Assembly: GCF_027943725.1 (NCBI RefSeq)
Contig: NZ_AP025696.1
Coordinates: 535,293-559,292, forward strand
DNA from: Nitrosophilus kaiyonis
GTDB taxonomy: Bacteria; Campylobacterota; Campylobacteria; Campylobacterales; Nitratiruptoraceae
Direction of reading: 5' to 3'
DNA length: 24,000 bases
A program made the translations under genes and the position numbers. Of the stretch, positions 17,838 through 24,000 are shown in pieces. Under the pieces are notes generated by a model. That model was not told the origin of the DNA and did not search any database. It was given only the letters and a program-made list of their open reading frames with translations. Numbering within the stretch: the stretch's first letter is position 1; every line of letters begins with the position of its first letter.

Positions 17838-18502
17838 TCTTTTCCTTGACTCAATAGAAACTCTTTAATTTCATGAAGTAAATTTGCAGGATTTTTTATA
17901 GGATAACTTAAATTTTTTGCAACATCTAAACCATCATATCCTTTTATATCTATACCTTTTAATAGATTTTCCAATTCTTGACTATTCGCAATTGGATAGC
18001 TTATACCTTTTGTATGTTTTAAAACTACATATGCCCAAGGAGCTTCACATTTAGCTGCTTTAATAACTTCACCAGCTATTTCATGACAAAATTCAAGCAT
18101 TGTTTGTGAATCTTGACCCTCTTTTACAAGTTTATATGCAAGTTTAGCAACTCCTCCAGCTGTATGCACTTTCATCTGCTGTTTTTCTTCAGAAGTTAGT
18201 TCATCAATATGCTCAATTTTATACATAGCAGCTTCAGGATCTGCTCTTAAAATATTTCTTACAGTATTTCTTGTAAGACCAACGTAATCTGCAATATCAT
18301 CTTCAGTTTTTAGATATTCCTCTCTTAAAACAATTGCAAAAGATGCTCTTGCAAGACTTGGAAGCCAAGTTAAAGTTCTAAATTCTGCAAGTTTTTTTAA
18401 TCCACCCAATAGATCAATTGCTTTATAAAAAACTCTCTCAACCAATCTTTCAACACCTTTTTCATCTATATTTAATCCGGCTCCTGTTAATACTATAGCC
18501 AT
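17834..18502 (-). CDS. HTH-containing partner protein of thermophile-type KaiC-like ATPases (near-KaiC regulatory domain-like); function unknown
   Basis: The ATG directly abuts the upstream stop (TAAATG), with AAGGAGG 5 nt upstream. A helix-turn-helix-like segment DIADYVGLTRNTVRNILR spans residues 68-86 (nt 18245-18301). The stop overlaps the rgy GTG start. The resemblance to the TIGRFAMs near-KaiC regulatory domain is from memory and needs an HMM check. Confidence 0.6.
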   Translation of the reverse strand: MAIVLTGAGLNIDEKGVERLVERVFYKAIDLLGGLKKLAEFRTLTWLPSLARASFAIVLREEYLKTEDDIADYVGLTRNTVRNILRADPEAAMYKIEHIDELTSEEKQQMKVHTAGGVAKLAYKLVKEGQDSQTMLEFCHEIAGEVIKAAKCEAPWAYVVLKHTKGISYPIANSQELENLLKGIDIKGYDGLDVAKNLSYPIKNPANLLHEIKEFLLSQGKE

Positions 18503-19390
18503 TTACGCCTCCTTGTTTTGTGATATTGGTCCCAATATTTTTACAATGCCAGTATCAGTTATTTGCATAAAATGTGTTCTTGTATCATGTCCACTCATTC
18601 TACAGCCATCTATTCTAAAAAGTCTCACTATATCACCTATATTTGCTTTATATAATTTTGCAGCATACCCACTAGTTATCAACTCTTTTGCTAAAACCAT
18701 AGTTCCATCAACTATATGTCCTACTGCAAAACCTCCAGCCGCTTCAGAGCTAAGTTCTTCATGTCCGCTTCTTTTTTGTGAAACAAAAAGTGCTGTTTGA
18801 TACCATTTTTTCATGAAATTAAAAACTCTTCTTACAATACTTCTTGCCATCATCTCTTTGTTTTCAAAAAGACCTGTTATTGAATCAATAACAGTAAATT
18901 TTATCTTATACTCTTTTATTGCAAAAGCTAATGTAGCAAGCAGGTCTGGTATATTTTCTCTAAGAGGAGTATGAGATGCAGCATCAATAACTATAATATT
19001 ATCTTCAAATTTTTTAAAATCATAGCCCATTGCTAAGGCTCTATATTTTATCGATGCTATTACAAAATTTGCAGGTGTCTCAACAGTTATAAATGCAACT
19101 TTGTTCCCTTTTCTTGCTTGCTCAACAGCAAACTGTTCTACCATTAATGATTTCCCAGTATCATTAACACCTGTTAAGTTAAATACACTATATTTAGGAA
19201 TTCCTCCTAAAGGAACCTTTTTAAGCTCATTTTTTACCTCTTTAACAGTAAAAAAAAGATCATCCAATCCCTCTATTCCAGTTGGAACACCTTCTAACTC
19301 TGGAGCCTTTTCTAAAGCTTTGCTACCAACTAAAATTCCCTCTTTTATTACTTGGGGCTCTTTATAATAGTGTTCTTCGCTTTGAGCCAT
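18503..19390 (-). CDS. single-domain KaiC/RadA-like RecA-superfamily ATPase (thermophile KaiC-domain family-like)
   Basis: TGIEGLDDLF N-terminal motif, Walker A GVNDTGKS (nt 19148-19171), FITVE catalytic Glu region, Walker B FTVIDSITGL, and C-terminal RLFRIDGCRMSGHDTRTHFMQITDTGIVKI, which is typical of KaiC-domain proteins. SD AAGGAG lies 5 nt upstream. Confidence 0.85.
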   Translation of the reverse strand: MAQSEEHYYKEPQVIKEGILVGSKALEKAPELEGVPTGIEGLDDLFFTVKEVKNELKKVPLGGIPKYSVFNLTGVNDTGKSLMVEQFAVEQARKGNKVAFITVETPANFVIASIKYRALAMGYDFKKFEDNIIVIDAASHTPLRENIPDLLATLAFAIKEYKIKFTVIDSITGLFENKEMMARSIVRRVFNFMKKWYQTALFVSQKRSGHEELSSEAAGGFAVGHIVDGTMVLAKELITSGYAAKLYKANIGDIVRLFRIDGCRMSGHDTRTHFMQITDTGIVKILGPISQNKEA

Positions 19391-19417
19391 ATCTGCTCCT
19401 TTAGCATATTTTAAAAG

Positions 19418-19426
19418 ATTATAACA
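19418..19426 (-). promoter_or_regulatory. candidate extended -10 promoter TGTTATAAT for the kaiC-like/HTH/rgy unit
   Basis: The reverse complement of attataaca is TGTTATAAT. It lies 27 nt upstream of the ATG at 19390, followed by SD AAGGAG (19396-19401). It is the only intergenic space (73 bp) upstream of the three coupled genes. Confidence 0.4.
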
Positions 19427-19463
19427 AAATTATGTTTTAAGTAAAGCTACAAAAGTATCATTT

Positions 19464-22400
19464 TCATTTTTTTCCAAATCCACCTCCACCTGGAGTTTTT
19501 ATAACAAGCCTATCAAACTTTTTTACTTTAATAGATGCTTTTGATGTTAAATTATAAATTTTTTTATCTCTAATTAATAGATTCTCTCCTTTTTTACCAT
19601 CTTCTCCACCATCCATTCCATAAGGAGAAAATACTCTTCTCTCAGTTAAAATAGATAAATTTAAAGCTTTTAAAAACTCAAACTCTCTAACTACCCCTTC
19701 TCCTCCTTTGTGTTTTCCCTCTCCTCCACTATTTTTTCTTAATTCAAACCTTTTAATTTTTACAGGATAGTTTCTTTCCAAAACTTCAACATCAGTTATT
19801 TTTGTATTTGTCATATGGGTATGAACACCATCTGCTCCATCACTATTTTTAGTTGCTCCTGCTCCTCCTGCTATAGTTTCATAATATCCAAAACTATCAT
19901 CTCCAAAAATGATATTATTCATACACCCTTGACTTGCTCCAGATACCTTAAAAGCTTTAAAAATTACATCTACAACTCTTTGTGATGTAGTAACATTGCC
20001 ACCTACAATAGCGCTATCAGAAGATGGATTTAAAATCGAATTTTCATCTACCAATATTTTAATTGGTTTTATAATTCCTTCATTTAAAGGAATATCCTCA
20101 TTTAACATAACTCTAATAGAATAAATTACCGCAGATTTAACAACTGAAAATGGTGTATTTTGATTTGATATAAGCTCATAAGAAGAACCCCTAAAATCAA
20201 AAACTGCATTTCCAAAATTATCAATTTCTACTTTTAATTTTATAGCTGCTCCATTATCTAAATAGTCTTGAGCCATAAAAATTTTCTCTTTTAAATTTTT
20301 AAAAAAATCTCTAACCTTTTTTTCACTTATCTCTTGAATCTTTTTCATATACCAAAAAACTTTTTCTTCATTTTCTTCAATCAACTCTTTTACACCCTCA
20401 ATTCCAGCCATATTTGCACTAATTTGAGCTTTTATATCACTTATATTATCTTCAATATTTCTAGCCCCTGCACTTTCAAATATCGCTCTTAATACACTCT
20501 CTTTAAACTCTTTATCCTCTACAACCTCAAAAGCTTCAATAATTGCTCCCTCTTCATGTAGGTTTTTTGAAAAAGGTGGCATGCTACCAGGTGTTATCCC
20601 TCCAATATCTGCATGGTGCCCTCTACTTGCCACCCAAAATAGAACCTCCCTTTTGTTCGAAGTCCCACTTCGAACAAAAGGGGTTATTACTGTAATATCA
20701 GGAAGATGCGAGCCTCCTTCATATGGAACATTTGTTATGAAACTAACATTTTTGCTTCTAAATTTTCCTTCAAACTTTTTTATAATAGATTTCACAACAC
20801 TGCTCATTGAGCCAAGATGCACCGGTATATGGGGAGCATTTGAGATTAGATTTCCATCTTTATCAAAAATTGCACAAGAAAAATCCAATCTCTCTTTTAT
20901 ATTTGTAGATACTGCAGTCTTTTGTAAAATCTCTCCCATTTTTGTAGCAATAAATTTAAATCTATTGGATAAAAGAGATATCTCAACCTCTTTAATTTTC
21001 TCCTTCTCTTTTAAATCTTCAAGCTCAATATGAATATCCCCATAATCATCTATCTTTGCATAACTCTTTTCATCAAGAAGTATGGTTGAGCTTTCTTGAA
21101 TTATTAAAGCAGGCCCTTCTATTTTCAATTGTGGAGATATCTCTTTATAAACTTTAGCCTTTTGCCATTTACCATTTAAGAAAATCTCTTTCTCTTTGAC
21201 AGGTTTTACATCTTTTTTTCTTAACTTTTTTCTATTTAAAACTTTGCTTTTTTTAATAAAATCTATCTTTATAGATTCAACTATAACCTCTTTTTTTAGT
21301 AAAAATCCAAAAATCTTTTTATGTTTTTCGCAAAAATCATCAAAAAAATTATCTTTATATTCAACCTCTATAATATTTTGTGTTCCTTCATACTTTAATA
21401 ATAGACTCTTTTTTATCTCATCGGCGCTATCTTTAAAACTGTTAAACTCTTTTTCTAAATCTATCTCTTTTACTCTTTTATCAAAACTTTTCTGATATGT
21501 TTTTACAATATCTGCATTTGCTATGCCAATGGCTGATAATATTCCTGAATCTTTATGTATATAAATCTTTTTTATTCCAAGTTTTCTTGCTACTCCAACA
21601 GCATGCTGTCCACCTGCTCCTCCAAAAGAGCAAAGAATATGATTTTTTACATCTATCCCTTTTTTAATTGTTATCTCTTTTATAGCATTTGCCATATTTT
21701 CATTTGCCACATCTATAAAGCCTTCAGCTATCTCTTCAATGCTTTTATTTATCTTTTTTGATAACTTTTCAAAACCCTCTTTAGCAGCTTTTATATTCAA
21801 TGGTTCATTTTGATTTTTACCAAATATTTTTGGGAAAAAATCAACTTCAAGTCTTTGAGTTACTAAATTTGCATCAGTAATACTCAAATACCCATTTTTC
21901 CCATAGCAAAGTGGCCCTGGATTGCTTCCTGAACTCTCAGGCCCAACAACAAACATCTCATTTTTATAAAAAAGTCTACTTCCTCCACCAGCTGCAACTG
22001 TATGAATATCTACACTTGGAACTGCTACCTTAACTCCTGCAATCTCATCATAATATTTTAATTCAACTTTACCATCATATCTACTAACATCTGTACTTGT
22101 TCCACCCATATCAAAACCTATTAAAGGAGTGCCTTTATATATGGATTTTAAAGCAACAACACCTCCTGCAGGACCACTTAATAGTGCAACACTTCCTCTA
22201 AAATCTTCACTTTTACAAAGATTTCCATCTGATTTCATAAAATACAATTTATTTAAATCACCTTTGAAATTTTTCACTATATTTTTTATGTATCTTTTTA
22301 AAACAGGAGTCAAATATGCATCTACTACAGCAGTATCTCCTCTTTCAACGGCCTTTGTTGAAGATGAGACTTCACTTGATATTGATATATTTTCTATTTT

Positions 22401-22934
22401 ATTTTTTATAGCTAACTCTTTAACTCTTTTTTCATGCTTATCAAATCCATATGAATGCAAAAACAAAACTGCTAAAGATTTTATATCTTTAAATTCAATA
22501 TTTTCATCCAACTCTTTTAAAACTTCAAAATAGCCATCTTCTGGATATACTCTCTCATCTATCTCAACTACTTTTTTATATAAAGGTTTTGGTTTTTTAA
22601 TATCAAGAACAAAAATATCTTCTCTATTTTGATAACCAATTTTCAGTAAATCTTTAAATCCTTTTGTAATAAAAAGAGTAACATCTTCTCCATTTCTCTC
22701 AAGAAGAGCATTTGTTGCAACAGTAGTCCCAAATCTTATCCATTCAAAATCTTCTAAATCTATTAATTCAGGTTTTTTATTAAAAATCTCTTTTAAAATA
22801 AGTCTAATTCCCTCACTATTTGAGTCTTCATAATGCTCACTCTCACTTAAAATCTTTTTTACATAAACTTTTCCATTATAGTTTGCATAAATATCAGTAA
22901 ATGTTCCTCCCCTATCAATTGCAATTTTTAACAT
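19464..22934 (-). CDS. fused hydantoinase A/B family protein, 5-oxoprolinase (ATP-hydrolysing)-like
   Basis: The 1156-aa protein starts with the HyuA N-terminus MLKIAIDRGGTFTDIY. The C-terminal half carries the HyuB signature TAVSTNIKERLDFSCAIFDKDGNLISNAPHIPVHLGSM. This is the fused architecture of the eukaryote-type OPLAH family. Confidence 0.85.
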   Translation of the reverse strand: MLKIAIDRGGTFTDIYANYNGKVYVKKILSESEHYEDSNSEGIRLILKEIFNKKPELIDLEDFEWIRFGTTVATNALLERNGEDVTLFITKGFKDLLKIGYQNREDIFVLDIKKPKPLYKKVVEIDERVYPEDGYFEVLKELDENIEFKDIKSLAVLFLHSYGFDKHEKRVKELAIKNKIENISISSEVSSSTKAVERGDTAVVDAYLTPVLKRYIKNIVKNFKGDLNKLYFMKSDGNLCKSEDFRGSVALLSGPAGGVVALKSIYKGTPLIGFDMGGTSTDVSRYDGKVELKYYDEIAGVKVAVPSVDIHTVAAGGGSRLFYKNEMFVVGPESSGSNPGPLCYGKNGYLSITDANLVTQRLEVDFFPKIFGKNQNEPLNIKAAKEGFEKLSKKINKSIEEIAEGFIDVANENMANAIKEITIKKGIDVKNHILCSFGGAGGQHAVGVARKLGIKKIYIHKDSGILSAIGIANADIVKTYQKSFDKRVKEIDLEKEFNSFKDSADEIKKSLLLKYEGTQNIIEVEYKDNFFDDFCEKHKKIFGFLLKKEVIVESIKIDFIKKSKVLNRKKLRKKDVKPVKEKEIFLNGKWQKAKVYKEISPQLKIEGPALIIQESSTILLDEKSYAKIDDYGDIHIELEDLKEKEKIKEVEISLLSNRFKFIATKMGEILQKTAVSTNIKERLDFSCAIFDKDGNLISNAPHIPVHLGSMSSVVKSIIKKFEGKFRSKNVSFITNVPYEGGSHLPDITVITPFVRSGTSNKREVLFWVASRGHHADIGGITPGSMPPFSKNLHEEGAIIEAFEVVEDKEFKESVLRAIFESAGARNIEDNISDIKAQISANMAGIEGVKELIEENEEKVFWYMKKIQEISEKKVRDFFKNLKEKIFMAQDYLDNGAAIKLKVEIDNFGNAVFDFRGSSYELISNQNTPFSVVKSAVIYSIRVMLNEDIPLNEGIIKPIKILVDENSILNPSSDSAIVGGNVTTSQRVVDVIFKAFKVSGASQGCMNNIIFGDDSFGYYETIAGGAGATKNSDGADGVHTHMTNTKITDVEVLERNYPVKIKRFELRKNSGGEGKHKGGEGVVREFEFLKALNLSILTERRVFSPYGMDGGEDGKKGENLLIRDKKIYNLTSKASIKVKKFDRLVIKTPGGGGFGKK

Positions 22935-22968
22935 AAGCCGCCTTTATGTAGAAACTCTAATTATTGAT

Positions 22969-22980
22969 ATTATAATTATA
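22969..22980 (-). promoter_or_regulatory. tandem TATAAT hexamers upstream of the oxoprolinase-like gene (candidate -10)
   Basis: The minus strand reads tataattataat, 35-46 nt upstream of the ATG at 22934. There is no TG extension. A weak AAGG SD lies 6 nt from the start. Confidence 0.25.
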
Positions 22981-23051
22981 CGAACCTAAAAGAAGTATTT
23001 ATGAAAATAGTAGCAATATTAGTCCGGCTTTTAATAAGAGATTTAAAAATA

Positions 23052-23423
23052 TTATCTAAAAGGAGTTGATATTTTTAGATATGAAAATAGTTTTATGATT
23101 TTATTTTTTAGATAATCTGCTTTATTAGTTTTATTATATTTTTTATAAATCTTTAAAGCTCTTTTTTTTAAATCTCTTGGTAGTTTTGGTGGATTTTTTG
23201 AGTATTTATACTTTTCAAGCTCTTTTAAAAGCTCTTTTACCTCATCACTATCTTTAAATTTTTGCAATCTTATAGAAAATTCATAAATATCATCTTTTGT
23301 ATTTAATCTAATCTTTTCTTTTTTTTGCGGTTTTAAAAGATAAAAAATAGTTATGATAAATAATAAACCTAAAAAGATAAAAATCTCGTGATGAAAATTT
23401 GGCAAAGGTAAAAGTTCCATCAT
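23052..23423 (-). CDS. hypothetical membrane-anchored protein (one N-terminal TM, lysine-rich C-terminus)
   Basis: The start overlaps the upstream DUF58-like stop (ATGA). The TM helix is IFIFLGLLFIITIFYLL. Its position after a DUF58 gene recalls the small DUF4381-type proteins of Bat/MoxR operons, but I see no supporting motif. Confidence 0.45.
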   Translation of the reverse strand: MMELLPLPNFHHEIFIFLGLLFIITIFYLLKPQKKEKIRLNTKDDIYEFSIRLQKFKDSDEVKELLKELEKYKYSKNPPKLPRDLKKRALKIYKKYNKTNKADYLKNKIIKLFSYLKISTPFR

Positions 23424-24000
23424 CTTCCTATAAAAAATCTATTTAGTTTTAAAAAAGTATCATCTATATCAAAAATCTCTAAAAAATCTATACCATTTTT
23501 TCTAAAATTTATATAGTTTTTGTCTAAAACTTTTTCAATATTTTTTCCATATGTTTTAAAATCTTTTCCTCTTAAGCTCAAACTTGATTTTTTTAAACTC
23601 TCATTATCGACACTTTCAAATTCTAAATCTTTATAAAATCCCTTTTCAATACTATCTCTTGCAACAAAAGCTATAACTTCGTGCTTTTTAGCAAACAGAC
23701 TTAAATCTATCTCATATAAAAAATCACCCAAAAAAACAATCAAAGATTTTTCTCTTATTTTATAAAAAAGCTCATTTATATCTTTAAAATCTGGCTTTAG
23801 TCCTATAATATTTTTATTATCAATATTTTTAGCAAAATCTTCTAAATCAAAAAAATTTTTTATATATTTTAGATTGTTTTTTTCTATAGCAGTTAATTTT
23901 TCTCTCTCTTTTAATGCGCTAAATCCAAGAAGCAAAAAAATTTCAACTAATGTCTCAAGCTTTAATCTTTTTGCACCAAAAAATAGTGAACCACTAAGAA
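23420..24000 (-). CDS. DUF58 (vWA-like, MoxR-associated) family protein, 5'-truncated by window edge
   Basis: My manual in-frame translation stays open from the track start (TTG at 23935) to nt 24000 (...LSGSLFFGAKRLKLETLVEIFLLLGF...). The SGSxxFG, LIVFLGDF and VIAFVARDSIE segments resemble DUF58 conserved blocks. Confidence 0.55.
   Translation of the reverse strand, partial: LSGSLFFGAKRLKLETLVEIFLLLGFSALKEREKLTAIEKNNLKYIKNFFDLEDFAKNIDNKNIIGLKPDFKDINELFYKIREKSLIVFLGDFLYEIDLSLFAKKHEVIAFVARDSIEKGFYKDLEFESVDNESLKKSSLSLRGKDFKTYGKNIEKVLDKNYINFRKNGIDFLEIFDIDDTFLKLNRFFIGR

Noticed and set aside
20581-22533. Several 68-150 aa plus-strand ORFs (20581-21033, 21196-21495, 21555-21761, 22129-22533)
   Set aside because: All lie antisense inside the 1156-aa oxoprolinase-like gene, whose HyuA and HyuB motifs are continuous. 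Their translations are low-complexity, so these are shadow ORFs.
23001-23069. 22-codon plus-strand mini-ORF (MKIVAILVRLLIRDLKILSKRS) in the oxoprolinase upstream spacer
   Set aside because: It has no convincing SD, overlaps the 3' end of the minus-strand gene at 23052, and such short ORFs arise easily by chance in AT-rich spacers. It cannot be supported from sequence alone.
1-24000. Scan for CRISPR arrays, tRNA/rRNA genes, riboswitch-sized leaders, IS elements and prophage genes
   Set aside because: I saw no spaced direct repeats, no cloverleaf-capable GC-rich segments and no transposase, integrase or phage-like ORFs. Apart from 14322-14468 and 22935-23051, intergenic gaps are under 75 bp, which leaves little room for such features.

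Overview
This is a visibly AT-rich, tightly packed bacterial chromosomal segment. I call 23 protein-coding genes, two of them cut by the window edges. I found no rRNA, tRNA, CRISPR, transposase or integrase. A full-length reverse gyrase and TGnTATAAT extended -10 promoters point to a thermophilic bacterium. It could be a Nautiliales-like Campylobacterota or an AT-rich Aquificota, but sequence alone cannot decide this. Left part (+ strand): a YbhFSR-like ABC-2 exporter (tandem ATPase plus two permeases), a MarC-family membrane protein, and trkA-trkH for K+ uptake. Centre: two convergent, tightly coupled five-gene units, each headed by a diverged PPK2 polyphosphate kinase paralogue. The (+) unit is ppk2, a 104-aa unknown, a flavin-reductase-like protein, an AmmeMemoRadiSam-type radical SAM enzyme and an HdeD/DUF308-like membrane protein. 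The (-) unit is ppk2, an SDR, a nadX-like aspartate dehydrogenase, a DUF434/NYN-like protein and a membrane haem-binding-domain protein. Right part (- strand) holds the most interesting locus. One extended -10 promoter precedes a single-domain KaiC/RadA-like ATPase, a 222-aa HTH partner protein and reverse gyrase. Their junctions are TAAATG and GTGA, which suggests a co-translated three-gene module of unknown function linked to thermoadaptation. Upstream of it lie a fused HyuA/HyuB 5-oxoprolinase-like gene and the tail of a DUF58 (MoxR/Bat-type) operon. Family names come from motifs I recognise by eye; no database search was possible.
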